A DNA stretch of 64,000 nucleotides from Ginglymostoma cirratum (lineage: Eukaryota), in contig JAHRHZ010000020.1 of the NCBI GenBank assembly GCA_024137785.1, positions 57,712,903 to 57,776,902 on the forward strand, in the 5' to 3' direction. The stretch's first letter is position 1. Each line of letters starts with the position of its first letter. This document shows positions 12,936 to 25,949 of this stretch, piece by piece. Below the pieces are notes generated by a model. It ran no database searches and was not told the DNA's origin. It saw only the letters and a list, made by a program, of their open reading frames with translations. A program made the translations under genes and the position numbers.

Positions 12936-13582
12936 TTCACAAATCCTAGTTCTGATGAGTGCAAAACCAATTGCTTCAACTTCCACTCTCCATTTAGCAA
13001 TATTTAATCATTTTCCATCAGCTGTCACTGAGTGAACAGTGAACTAAGGAACAGGAACCCAAGCCAAGTTCTCACCCCTTCCTTGACAAGAGTGCTGAGG
13101 CCAGTTACTGAGCCTTGGAGGCCAGGCAGTGAAAGCTGGGATCTGATGCTTATGAAAGTTCATGTGATGTCTCTTTGGTATCACCATAGAGGTTGCTTAC
13201 TTTTGGAATGTTTTGCAAAGAATTGTGCATTTTTAAGTGTCTTGTATTTCGCATCTCCAACCATAGTTTTCAACCAGGGTGAGCTAATTTTGAGGAAATG
13301 ATGTGAGTATGCTCATAACATGATGCTTCAAGCATTTGGGTTAGGAGAAAAGGAAAGGGGTTGGGTTGATTTTTGTGATTGGATGTTTGCCTCTGACTGA
13401 GCTCTGTTATATTTGTGTCTGATGCTGACAAGAATTAAAAGTATCTTACATTGTGTCTGAGCAGGATTCAACTACTGGCCACTCGAGCTGTTCAGCACGA
13501 AAGTTAGTGGATACTAGAAAAATGGGTTAAATCAACTTTGAAGACAAACTGATATTGTATTTGGAAAGCAGACAAAGATTTA

Positions 13583-16510
13583 GTTTATTCTGTCTCTGGC
13601 CATGAGCATCGCTGGCTGGGCCAGCTTTTATTGCCCACCCCAAGTTGACCTTGAGAAGGTGATGGTGAGCTGCCTCCTTGAACTGCTGCAGTCCATGTGC
13701 TGTAAGTGGCTGTTAGGATGGGCGTTCCAGGATTTTTACCCAGTGACCATGTACTTCCAAGCCAGGATGATGAGTGGCTCGGAGGGACAGTTGAGATAGC
13801 AATATTCCCATGTATCTGCTGTCCTTGCCCTTTGAGATGGTAGAACTTGTGGATTTAGAAGGTGCTTTCTAAGGATCTTTGAATTTCTGCAGTACATCTT
13901 GCAGACAGTACACATTGCTGATATTGAGCTTCAGCAGTGGAGGCAGTGGATACTTCTCAATGGGGTGCCAATCAAACAGGCTGCTTTGTCCTGGATTGTG
14001 TGAAGCATCTTCAGTGGTGTTGGATCTGCGGTTATTCAGAAAAGTGGGCAGTATTCCATCACATGCCTGACTTGTACTTTGTAGATGGTGGATAGGCCTG
14101 AGTGAGTTATGGAGGTAAATCACTCACTGCAGTCTTCCTAGCCACTGCATTAATATGGCAAGCCCAGTTGAGTTCCTGGTAACGCCCAAGATGTTGTTAA
14201 TTTGGTGAAGGGGGTTGGTTGTTTAGTGACAATGCCATTGAACGTCATGGGGTAGTGGTTAGATTGTCTTGGTGGTTGATCATTGCCTGGCATTTGTGTG
14301 GGGTGAATGTGACTTGCACTTTTCAGCTCATCTGGATATTGTCCAGATCTTGTTCCATTTGAACATGGTCGTCTTCAGTATCTGAGGAGTTGCAAATGGC
14401 GCAGAGCTTTGTGCAAACATTGCCGCTTCTGACCTTATGATGGAGGGAAGATCCTTAATGAAACAGCTGAAGATGTTTGGTCCTTGGACACTACCCTCAG
14501 GAACTCCTGCAGAGGTGTCCAGGAGCTCAGGTGACTGACTTCAGACAACCACTACCATCTTCCTGTGTGCCAGGTTTGACTCCAACCAGCAGAGGGTGTG
14601 CCCTTGTTTCCCCACTGACACCACTTTGGTTCAGGTTCCATGCCACGTTCTGTCAAATGGGGCCTTGATGTCAAGGGCCGTCACTCTCCTCTCACCTCAC
14701 CTCTGAAATTTAGCTCTTTTGTTCATGTTTGAATCAAGGCTGTAATGAGGTCAGGAGCTGAAGAGAACCCAAACTGGGCATGACTGAGCAAGTTATTGCT
14801 GAGCAGGTGCTGCTTGATTGCACCGATGACACCTTCCGTCACTTTACTGATGATTGAGAGTAGGCTATTGAGGCGGTAATTGGCCAGGTTGGATTTGTCC
14901 TGCTTTCTGTATACAGACATACCTGAGCACTTGGCCATTGTCAGATGTCATTGTTGTAACTGTACTGGAAGAACTTGGCTAGGGATACACCAAATTCTGG
15001 ACCCTGCCTTCAGTACTATAGTCATTCCAGTATCCAGTGCCTCGAGCCCTTGATCTCAAGGAATTGGTTCAACTAACTGAAGACTGGCGTCATCTTGGGG
15101 ACTACAGGAGGAGGCCACGGTGAATCATCCAATAGCTTTTCTGGCTGAAAATTGTTGCAAATACTTCAGCCTTATCTTTCGCACTCAGGAGCTGAGCCTC
15201 CACCCTCTCTCTTCTCCTCCTCCTCCTCCTCCCCCCCCCCCCCCAAATCATTGGGCATGGGGTTATTTGTGGACACTCCTTCTCCACTGTTTTTTAACTG
15301 CCCACCACCATCCATAACTAGACTGCAGACCTTAGATCTGACGTACTGATTGTGGGAACACTTAGTTCCGTTGACATTTGACATGCAAGTAGTCCTGTTT
15401 GGTAGTTAGACCAGGTTGACATGTCATTTTCAGGTGTGCTTGGTGCAGCTCCTCGCATGCCCTTCTGCATTTTCCATTGAACCAGGATTGATCCCCTAGC
15501 TGAAAAAGAAACTGCAGATGTTGTAAATCAGAAACGGAAACAAGTTGCTGGAGAAGCTCAGCAGGTCTTGAAGAGGAATCGTGGTTTATGCTTTGGGTCC
15601 AGTAACCCTTCCTCAGAACTGGTAGCCAGGAAAATGTCAGTTTGTATGCAAAAGTTAGGGATTCTCAATGTGAAGGCAGGACTTGATCTCCATGAGGACT
15701 GTGTGATGGTCACTCTCAATGATACTTCATGGGCGAATGCATGTGCAGCTGGCAGATTGGCAAAGATGTTTTTTTGTTTTTTTTTTTGTGGTTCCCTCAC
15801 CACCTGCCACAGATTCAGTATAGCAGCTGTGTCCTTTAGGACCTGACCAGCTGAAATGAGTTGTGTTTTTGCTGAGCCGGACATAGAAGTCCCCCACTGA
15901 GAGTTCATTTTGTGTCCTTATCACTCTGTGCTTCCACCAGGTGTTGGTTAGCATAGAGTAAGCTGAGGGAGGGTGGTTGTGGTAATCAGCAGGAAGTTTT
16001 CCTTGACTACATTTGACCCGATGCCATGAGACATCGGGTCTGGAGTCAATAGTGAGGACTCCCAGGACAACTCCCTGCTGACTTTTTTCCACTGTGCTGC
16101 CACCTCTACACCTCTGTACCTCTGTTGCTTAATCAGTCTCTGAAAAAGCTCCCCCATTTTGGCACTAGCCCCCAGATGTTTGTCAAGAAGACTTGGCGGG
16201 GTTGACAAGGCTGTTCTTTGCCATTGTTGTTTCTGGTACCTAGGTTATACTCGGTGGTCTGTCTGGTTTTCTTTCTTTGTCGAGACTTCATAGCGATTGT
16301 TATAATGATGTGGCTTGCTAAGCTATTTCAGAGGGCAGTTAATGATCAACCATATTGCTTGTCGGTCTCTGGTCACATGCAGGCCAGACCAAGTCAGGAT
16401 GACTGATTACATCTGAACCACATGATGGGATTTGAACCTCACTCCAGAACATTAGCTGAGTTTCTGGATTTATAGTTGAGCAATAATTCTACTGGGACAT
16501 TGCTTTCCCC
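13583..16510 (-). mobile_element. CR1/L2-clade LINE, internally deleted, with tRNA-like 5' head
   Basis: ORF 14723..14938 reads NLANYR..SLLSIISKV.EGVI..IKQHLLSNNLLS.AQFGF..SAPDLITALIQ (RT N-terminus), with endonuclease-like remnants at 15730-16100. 3' tail gggcaataaaagctggcccagccagcgatg. The 5' end carries ggttcaaatccc (B box). Confidence 0.85.
15502..15660 (-). mobile_element. Penelope-derived end fragment nested in LINE
   Basis: The minus strand reads agttCTGAGGAagggttactggaccc aaagc, a decayed family D hammerhead, followed by the ctgagcttctccagcaact...atctgcagt tail. Confidence 0.6.
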
Positions 16511-17089
16511 TTCTTTTATGATGCAGGTAGACTGTAGAAATGGTATATTACACCTATGCAAACCAACAACAGTACAATATCTTCCCAAAATTGGAATGTG
16601 CTCCGAGAAAGGTTGTCAGTTGGAGTGCACCAGGAATTTGTTTTGTAACTGATTGTTCAAGCTGTTTGAGTCGAGGATATTACACGAAAATTATCTTGGC
16701 ATGGTATTAAAGTATAGTGGAGTACAGCTTTTCCCCATCGCATGCCAGACCTGATTCAGTGTGTAGGTTTGATGGAAAGCTTGCGCTGTTGACCAAGTCC
16801 AGATCAAGATGTTTTGAGATGAAGGTTCGTTACCCAGCCTGTCTGGACAAATCTACAAAATGTTCTTGATGTAATTGAAGTGTTTCGGTACCACTGGAAG
16901 GCCGTTCATGTCAACAAGTTGTGTGCTGTATTCATAGAGGAAGCCACGCTCTTGCACAACATAAATGACAGTATTGAGAAGATTGAATCTTGGAAATGAA
17001 TACTGTCATGAGGCAATCTATTTATGGATCAGGTTGCACAATTTCTGAAGCACTCTTGTGCTTAAACATGCCTTCTGTTTAGATAATGA

Positions 17090-18470
17090 GTAATGAAAAT
17101 GTAAGAAATAGCAGGAGGATGCCATTCACTCCTTCATGCCTGCTCTGGCATTTAGTCAGATCACAGCCACCTGTCTCTGAAGCTTCATATTATTTGATCT
17201 CTCTCAATTTCATTTAACTCCAAACATCTGTCAATCCAGTATTTATTTGGTAAACATCCACAGTTCTCTGGGGTGAAAAGTTTCAGGTCTCTGAACCCTG
17301 TGAGTTTTTAAAAAAAAACGTCCTGTCACTTCAAGCCTAAATGGCTGACTCCTGATTTTAAGTGTGATGCACGTACATGTTCTGAACTCCTCAAGCAGGT
17401 GAAAAGAGCAACTAAGCATCTATCCTGTCAGTCCCCTTAAGAATGTGGTCTATTTTGGTGGGGCCCTCTGATTTTCCTAGGTTCTACAAAGTACAGACTT
17501 GATCTCCTCAATTTTTGCTTTAATAGGACAATTTCGCACTTCATGAATCAACCGAGTAAACCTTGGTGTATGTCATATATCCTTTCTTGAATAAAAAACC
17601 ACAACAGAATTCCAGGTGTGGTCTCACCAAGATCTCAAGCAATGGCAGCAATACTTTCTTACCTATCTGCTCTAAACCCTTGGTAATAAAGGCTAGCAGA
17701 CCATTTGATTTCCTAATTGCTTGCTGTGTCTGCAAATTGACTTTGACATACAGGGGGATCCAGGTTTTTGAGTATTGTCATTTCCCATTCTTTTGCCAAT
17801 TAAGAAATATTATGCATCTCAGTATTCCCAATCAGGATGGATAACTTCATACTATTCCATATTAAACACAGAAACGTAGAACAAAAGTGCAGGAGTAAAG
17901 CCTCTGAGACTGTGCCACCATTCAATATGATCATGCTGTTTCAGTATCCCATTCCTGCCCTTTCCCCATACCCTCTGATTCCTTCAGCCGCAATGGTCAT
18001 GTCCAGATCCCTCTTGAAGATATCGGATGAGCTGGACTCAACAGCTTCTTGTGGGAGAGAATTCCACACGTTCACAACTGTCTGGGTTTAAAAAAAAAAA
18101 TTGTTCATCATTATTTCAGTGTTCAATGGCTTACTTATTATGCTTAGACAGTGACCCTTTTGGTTCCCCAACATCAGCAGGAACATGCTTCTCGCATCTC
18201 GCCTGCCCAGTCCCATCAGATTTTTATGTTTGAGGTTCCACCGCCCCCCCCCCCCTCCCAATTCCTCTAAATTCCAGAGAGTACAACCCCAATCGATCCA
18301 GTCTTTCCTCATATGCCAGTCCTGCCACCCTGGGAATCAATGTGGTATCACTGTGGTGACCCTTTGCTAGACTGCCTCAATGACCTGAATGTCTCAGACG
18401 AGGAGACCAAAACTGCGTGCCATACTCGAGGTGTGGCCTCACCAAGGCCCTGTATAACTGCAGCAAGGCT
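17090..18470 (-). mobile_element. Two adjacent CR1 LINE 3' fragments
   Basis: ORF 17541..17735 AIRKSNGLLAFITKGLE...LVRPHLEF and ORF 18088..18312. CR1 3' ends at ~17095 and ~17865. Confidence 0.85.
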
Positions 18471-20139
18471 TTCTTCAATGTTTCAATCCTTATTCTGAGC
18501 AGACTGTTGGGTTTTTCACTATTTCAATTTTTTTTGGGCCGTCTACCATGAAGTCAGTCTCTGAATATCTGCTGTTTTCTTAGTTCCCATTATTATTTCT
18601 TCTGTCTCCTAAGACACCACATTTTGTATTTTTGGCCTGTTCGTTCCTTTTGCTGATCTATGGACGGTTACAATGTGTTTGATCTTCCTCATTTACTTCC
18701 ATCCTGTTTCCTCTTTATTCTTCATCCTTTGAATTTTAAAACTGCCCTGTCTGCCATTCCTTTTGATAACATTATGAACCTCTTGTTTTAATGCTATATT
18801 AACTTCTCTAGTTAGCTGCAATTCACCACCACTTTTTCCATTGGATTTTTTCCTGAAGGGAGTGTCTATTTGTTGCCGTTACGTATCTACGATCAAGCTA
18901 TTCATCTAATTTCCCAATCTGTCTGAGCTAATTCGTCCCTCATACCTACAATTCTCTTAGTGAAGGAGAAGGTCCCATTAATGGCCTACAATAAATTACA
19001 GTGGAAAACTTAACTGTGTCCAAGTGTTTCTGTTGCATTTTATATTTGTTTCTCTTGGCAAGTTCTGTCAATTTCATCAAACAATGCAAACTATCACTTC
19101 TTGTGCAGGAGGAGATGCTTTGCCATGCATTGATGCTTTGCTTTTCTTTGTGTGTTTTTATTTTCCTTCATGGTCACTGTGCATCTCTATCTTAGCACCC
19201 GTTTTAACCCCACCACCTCTACTCAAAAAAAAAACAAAACAAATGCCTTGATCTTTTGTTTTAGCAGATACCAATGCAGGAAAATCCAACTTATCTTTGC
19301 ACTATTTTACACATGACTTGCAATCTATCTAGCTTTCACAATAGTTGTGGAAATAGTTAGTTATTATTTTGGCTGCTGGTGTTTCAGATAGTGATGAACA
19401 ATAATATCAAATCTCCAAGTTTACAAGCTGTCAAAATATATTAAAATTACTTGGATTATTGATCTGTTGCAGCTGAAATTACTCTTGTGTAAGCAACTAT
19501 TGTGCATGTCCATGGGATGTCTTCCTTTTCAATACCAAAGTTGCAAGTTTGGTAATCTCCGCATTGCAACTCTGAACCAAGGTCTGGTAAAGGGAAGGAA
19601 TAATGTTCAGGGTGATTTGGTATGTTAAACAGCGTTTTGGCTCAGCCATGCTCTGAAAGATGAGTTGGCAATAGCAGACAGAAAGAAAGGTGAATTTTTT
19701 TTGTTTGTCACTGAAATGTTTTATATCCAAGTTCTGAATGTAGCTTTGCTGAAATCTTGAATGTAAATTTCTTCAAAGGTACCTTCAAAAGTCTTGGGTC
19801 TGAGACTTCGTTTTGAACTATGCAGTACGTGTCCTCTTATTTTATTGATACTTTACCTCTGCAACTGCTTCCATCAGATTGGAAGTCCGTGAATATAATG
19901 CTGCTGCTTGAGACAAGCAAGAACTTGCAACATCAGTCATGGGGGGGGTGAAATATTGGCATCTATTACGGAGGAAGTATTAACAATACATTTGAAGTCT
20001 AGTGTGATGACAAGAAGTTTACTTGATCAGAACAAGATGAATTAAGCATTAAAATAAAAGAGAAAGGAATGAGAAAAGTGAGAGAAATCAAGGGTCAAGG
20101 TCAAATAAGGCCTCAGTGTAAAATAATAGGAATGGGACA

Positions 20140-21610
20140 TAATGTTAAAAGGGCAAGCCTGAAAGCTTTGTGCCTTAATGTGTGGAGCATTCACAAAATT
20201 GATGGATGAATGAATTAATCTCTCAAATGGATAAAACAATGATGATATGTTTGGAATTTGGGAGACGTGGCTGCAAGGTGACCTGGGGTGGGAACTGAAC
20301 ACTGAGGGCTATTCGTTATTGAGGATTGACAGATGAAAAGGAAATGGCAGTGGGGTTGTGTTGACGGTTCAAGAGGAAATTAACTCAATACTCAAGAAGG
20401 ATATTAGCTCTGATGTGGAATCTTGATGGGTAGAGCTAAGAAACACCAGGACAAAAGACATTAGTGCAGGTTGTACATAGACCTCCAAGCAGTAAGGGTG
20501 ATGTTGGTATTGGCAGTAAACAGGAGGTTAGAAATGCCTGCAAAAAAGGAATATCTGTCAGTATGAATTACTTATCAGCATATCAAATTCTCAACAATAC
20601 CATAGAGGAGGAATAAATGGCTTTTTTTTCCAAATAACAGACAGTAATTGGTGGCATGCTGCAGGGATCAGTGCCAGGAGCCCAACTATTGACACTTATA
20701 TAAAAATGATTTAGATGGTGGGAATTAAATGTAATATCTCCAAATTTGCAGATAAAACAAAGCTGGGTGGGAGAGTGAGTTTTAAGGAGGATGCAGAGAT
20801 GGCTCAGTGTGATTTGGACAAGCCAATGTAATATTGATTAAGTGTGAGCTTATCAACATTGGCAGGCTAATTATGTCAGGCTATAAGTTGACAGCAGGGG
20901 CATGTGCAATGAGACCTGGATGTCCTTGTACATGAATTGCCTGAACTAAGTGTGCAGGTGCAGTGGATGGTGAAAAAGACAAGTGGTATGTTGGCCTTCA
21001 TAATAGGTTTTGGGTACAGGAGCAGGGATGCATTGCTGTTACACAGGGCCTTGGTGAGACCACACCTGAAATATTGTGTGCAGTTTTGGCCTCCTTTGCG
21101 GAGGAAGAATGATGTTGTCATAGAGGGAGAGCAACAGAGATTTCCAGGACTGATTTCTGACATGGCAGGGCTGACTGTTGAGGAGAGGTTGAATCGATTA
21201 GGATTATGTTTGACTTCTAAATAAAAGAATAGGGGGATCTTACAGAAATGTTTAAAATTCTGATGGGGTAGAATGATGGCAGGAAGAATGTTCCCAATGG
21301 CTAGGGAGTCCAGAACCAGAGGCTAGTGCCGAAGGACGTGGTGTAAACCGACTTTGAGTACGAAGAAAGATTTCTTCACCCACGGAGTGGTGACTGTTTG
21401 AAATTTGCCACCGTAGGAGATGGTCAAGGCCAAAACACTGTGTAAGTTAAAGGGAGTTGGATATCACAGCTGGGGATGAAAGGGATCAAAGGATATGAAG
21501 GAGGGGAAGAAATAGGAGCAGATGATTGAATTGGATGATCAGCTGTGATCATAAATGGTGGAGCTGACTCTAAAGGCTGAATAACCTACTTCTGTCTTCT
21601 ATGTTTCTGT
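20140..21610 (+). mobile_element. CR1 LINE (endonuclease remnant + RT C-terminus), internally deleted
   Basis: ORF 20937..21224 VKKTSGMLAFI..GFGYRSRD.LL.LHRALVRPHL.YCVQFW. Tail ttctatgtttctgt. Confidence 0.88.
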
Positions 21611-21929
21611 AACTTTAAGTGCTGCAAGGGCCAGTGCTGGAGCTTGAGCAATTTAAAATCAACACTAAGGACTTAGATTTGTTATTTTCTCAACCTAAAT
21701 TTTGTGATGTTACAAAGCTGGTTTGGAAAGTCTATAGTTGGGAGGGGACGGAGGCTGTGAATATAGTTTGAGTAGCTGTAAGATGATAGATGAGGTACAA
21801 TGCAGTGATATGTAATGGTGTCATTCGTTAATCATTAAACAAGCAGAATTTTTTTTTTTTTTTTGAACGATGTGAAACTTTCTGCTGATGTTGTGTGGTG
21901 GTCATACAAGAAATGCAGAAAAACTGCAA

Positions 21930-22660
21930 ATGCAGCAGGCAGTTCTGGAGGGAAGTAGCATGTCGGCCTTAATGCAACAAGTTTAGCATACAGGAATGAA
22001 CAAATTTTGCTACAGTTGTATAGGAATCTGGGTGAGATCCCTTCTATGAAATGCATGCAATTTCTTTTCTCTGATTTAATGAATGATATAATCGCATTAG
22101 AGGCAATAAAGCCAAGGTTCAATGAATTGGTCCCTGGCTTCAGGAGCTTGTCTGATGGTCAGAGAGACAATAAGGACTACGGATGGTGGAAGCCAGAGTC
22201 TGTAGGTGTGAGGCTGGGTCCTGACGAAAGGTTTTGACCCAAAATGTTCACTTACCTGCTCTTCTGATATATTGTCTGATGGTCAACTTAATTTCCTCAG
22301 CCCAAGTTCCTTTGTGGCTTAATTCTGAAGAGACATGATAGGGTAGATGCTGGGAGATGGTATCTGCTGCTCTTGATTTAAATCATAGGGGCATAGCCTT
22401 AAGGGTTGCTTAGTTTAAATTGATCAGTTGAGGTGATGCGTTATCTCCGAGTGTCGTAAAGCTCTGGAATTCTCTCTACCCAACAGAGTTGGGTGAGCTT
22501 CATCACTGAATACGTTAAAGGTGGGGGATAGACCATTTACTGATCTCTCTGAAATTGGGATGTGGTGGTGGTGTTGAGTTGAAGCCCATGACCATTGATA
22601 TTCAATGGTGGAGCAGGTGCAGTGGGCCATATTGTAGTCTTCTCTTGCTTATTTTTCTGA
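21930..22660 (+). mobile_element. Old CR1 LINE 3' fragment interrupted by a Penelope micro-insertion
   Basis: MLQLYRNL..P.MKCMQF motif and CR1 3' UTR aatggtggagcagg...gggcc. Confidence 0.7.
22162..22271. mobile_element. 110-bp inverted Penelope-derived micro-element with 14-bp TSD
   Basis: ttgtctgatggtca occurs at 22148-22161 and 22272-22285. Inside are a minus-oriented PLE tail and a plus CTGACGA-aaggttttgaccc-aaaatgtt (decayed hammerhead). Confidence 0.7.
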
Positions 22661-23339
22661 ATTAAAGATGCTGGAGATGTGAAATTGCTGTTTTTATTTT
22701 GGTAGAAACTCAAAAGGTCTGACAGTATCTGTGGAAAAAGTTAATATTTCAAGTTCAATATGACTTCCTTGTGCTCCTCCAAAGAACTGCTTCGTTGTCG
22801 ATTCCTGTTTGGCCATGAAATTGGCAGCTTGTCCCAGTTTTCCTCCTCTAATTTTTTAATATCAGGATATCGTCCCTCTCTAATTTCCAGCCTATGACTG
22901 GAGTAGTGTGCGTCAAGGGTCACTTCTCCAGCCTGAGATGTTTAAATTCTAACTTCATGACTTCGATAAAATGCTGATGTGTCAAACTTTCCTGATGCTA
23001 TCAAGCTGTGGAAAGGATACACGCTGCAAGTAAATGAAGACCGTCTAAGTGAATGGGTTACAAGGTGATAGATGAGAAATGATCTGAGCAATATGAAGTT
23101 ATTCACTGCTCAGAAGTCAAAAAAAAATCTGCTGCCTTTGTGTCAAATGATTTCCCTCTAGTGTCGACTGAATGTCATTTAGAAATTCTTAATTGTCTCT
23201 GTTTCTTGTGCCACCTTAGGCAGTGAGTTCCAGATCAATGTCATTCCATTGCATTAGAAAAAATTCACATGTCCGGCTTGTTGACCAGCAACTGAGATTT
23301 ATGTCCCCTGGTCTTGCTGATAATCCAACGTGTCAATTC

Positions 23340-24130
23340 CCTTTAAAATCTTAAGTTTCAAAAAGATCACGCTCATTTTCCTAAATTCCAGTGACTATAG
23401 GTTCGCCCTTTTTGCATAAGACATCCCTATCATCCCAGGAATCAGTTCAGTTGAATCTCTCCAGTACAAGTCTTGAATTAAGGGTCCTAAACAGAGTGGT
23501 GTACTTCAAGTGAGAACTCTCCAATGCCTTATACAATTTTAGTAATTGTTTCTATGCTCCATCCCCTTTGCAATAAAGACCTGCATTCTATTTGACTTCC
23601 AAATTAGTTTCTCATCATATCTTGTGATGTATGCACAAGGACAATCGGTTCCCTCTACCGTATCATTCTGCAGTGTCTTTGTATTTGAATAATCTGCTTT
23701 TCTTGTTGTTGAAGTGGACAATCTCCCATCTTCCCATATTACACTCAATATGTGCCAAATGTTTCCCACTGTCTTCATTACAGATTCCCTACGCAGACTT
23801 TGATCCTCCTTGTAATTTGCTTTCCAGCCCATCTTAGACAGATTTGCAGATGGTATAACATATTCAATCCCTTCACCTAAGTAATTAACATAGATTGCAA
23901 GTAATGTCCCAGCACTGATTGCAACAGCACTCAACTTGTTACAGTTTGCCAACTCCAAATGATCCATTTCTCCTGACTTTGTATCCTGTGAACTATCTAA
24001 TTCTCTCTTCTCTTCCCCACCTCCCCCAACCCCAGCTGGGTTATCGTATCAACCCCAACAGCACAGGCTCTTAACTTGCATAATAACCTTTAACGTGGCA
24101 ACTTATCAAATGCATCTTAGAAATTCAAAT
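23340..24130 (-). mobile_element. Old CR1 LINE RT fragment
   Basis: ORF 23539..23967 LLAIYVNYLGEGIEY.I...NLSKMG....KSNRM.VFIAKGMEHRN, a decayed CR1 RT. Confidence 0.75.
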
Positions 24131-25383
24131 ATGCTACCTATTTTTTCTATTCCACTTCAGCCAACACTTGTTTTCTTACCTTTTGTAATTGCCCTTTGTT
24201 TTGCACTTAAGGCTCTTTCAAATCTATTTCTCATCTTTCACCTGTGAAATTATTCTTTAACGTCATTGAGGATGCTTTTATTGTGAGGCCAGTAATTAAC
24301 CTTGCCTCAATACACGTTACAAAGTTTGAAGTAGCCTGTTCACTGGTTCCAAATGTAGAGTTGTAAGAAACGGTCCCAAATACACTATGCAAACTAATTC
24401 CCCCAGCTACTATTGCTAATTTGATTCTTTCACTCTGATTGAAGGTTAAAATCTCCCATGATTATTGCAGAACATTTCTTTTAAACTGCTGTTGTTTCTC
24501 GCACTGTGTTTTATAGTGTAGCTTTGGCCCTATAAATGCTCCGACTGTTGGCTTTCCTTAGCATTTTTTCCATACCCAAATTGATTGTACACCTTGATCC
24601 CTTATGCCAAGATTATTTTTCACTCCCCTATACTGACCTCATTATGGAGTAGCTGTTCTTCCGATATTACACACAGCTCTGGGTATTCAGATGTCAGCCA
24701 CAGTCACTTTGCTACTGTGTTGGCTGTGATGTGATCTCAACACAAATAGAAGTATCAATTTACACCTCTTACTGAGAATACAGCATGCATTCAGATTCTT
24801 TGGAAGTTGTGATTGTCTCAGTTTAGCATGAATGCATGACAAGCCGATTTGAGTGAATATCGTAGTGTCTGCTTTTTTTTTTTTTGTCCTGCTGTCTCAT
24901 CTTCAGAAACATCCAAAGTCAGCTCAAGTAAAAGTAACAAGCATGGGGCTGGATGAACACAGGTCAAACAGCATCACAGGAGCAGGAAAACTTGACGACG
25001 TTTTGGGCCTAAACCCTTCATCAGAAATGGGGGAGGGGAAGAGGGTTCTGAAATAAATAGGGAGAGAGGGGGAGGCGGATAGAAGATGGATAGAGGAGAG
25101 GATAGGTGGAGAGGAGGCAGACAAGTCGAAGAGGCGGGGATGGAGCCAGTAAAGGAGTGTGTAGGTAGGGGGGTAGGGAGGATGGACAGGTCAAGGGGGC
25201 GGGATGATGTTAGGAGATGGGGGTGTGGCTTGAGGTGAGAGGAAAAACAGGTTAGGGAGGTGGAGATGAGCTGGGCTGGTTTTGGGATGCGGTTGGGGGA
25301 GGGGAGATTTTGAAGCTTGTGAAATCCACATTGATGCCATTGGGCTGCAGGGTTCCCAGGCTGAATATGATTTGCTGTTCCTG

Positions 25384-25783
25384 NNNNNNNNNNNNNNNNN
25401 NNNNNNNNNNNNNNNNNNNNNNNNNNNNNNNNNNNNNNNNNNNNNNNNNNNNNNNNNNNNNNNNNNNNNNNNNNNNNNNNNNNNNNNNNNNNNNNNNNNN
25501 NNNNNNNNNNNNNNNNNNNNNNNNNNNNNNNNNNNNNNNNNNNNNNNNNNNNNNNNNNNNNNNNNNNNNNNNNNNNNNNNNNNNNNNNNNNNNNNNNNNN
25601 NNNNNNNNNNNNNNNNNNNNNNNNNNNNNNNNNNNNNNNNNNNNNNNNNNNNNNNNNNNNNNNNNNNNNNNNNNNNNNNNNNNNNNNNNNNNNNNNNNNN
25701 NNNNNNNNNNNNNNNNNNNNNNNNNNNNNNNNNNNNNNNNNNNNNNNNNNNNNNNNNNNNNNNNNNNNNNNNNNNNNNNNNNN
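25384..25783. other. Assembly gap (400 N) inside the inverted repeat
   Basis: Run of exactly 400 n. Confidence 1.
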
Positions 25784-25913
25784 TCTCCTTTACTGGCTCC
25801 ATCCCCGCCTCTTCGACTTGTCTGCCTCCTCTCCACCTATCCTCTCCTCTATCCATCCTCTATCCGCCTCCCCCTCTCTCCCTATTTATTTCAGAACCCT
25901 CTTCCCCTCCCCC

Positions 25914-25949
25914 ATTTCTGATGAAGGGTCTAGGCCCGAAACGTCAAGT
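25914..25949 (+). ncRNA. Minimal type I hammerhead ribozyme motif (intact core)
   Basis: attt-CTGATGA-a-GGG(tctagg)CCC-GAAA-CG-TC-aagt. Both core boxes are intact, stem II is GGG/CCC, palindromic ACGT replaces stem III, the cleavage triplet is GUC, and stem I is a 4-bp attt/aagt. Confidence 0.75.

Noticed and set aside
15102-15384. Poly-Pro/Arg/Glu/Ser ORFs
   Set aside because: Produced by a (CCT)n plus poly-C microsatellite inside a LINE relic.
19391-19476. GTGATGA...CTGA spacing like a C/D box snoRNA
   Set aside because: No convincing terminal stem outside the boxes and no recognisable rRNA/snRNA guide. The motifs are expected by chance.
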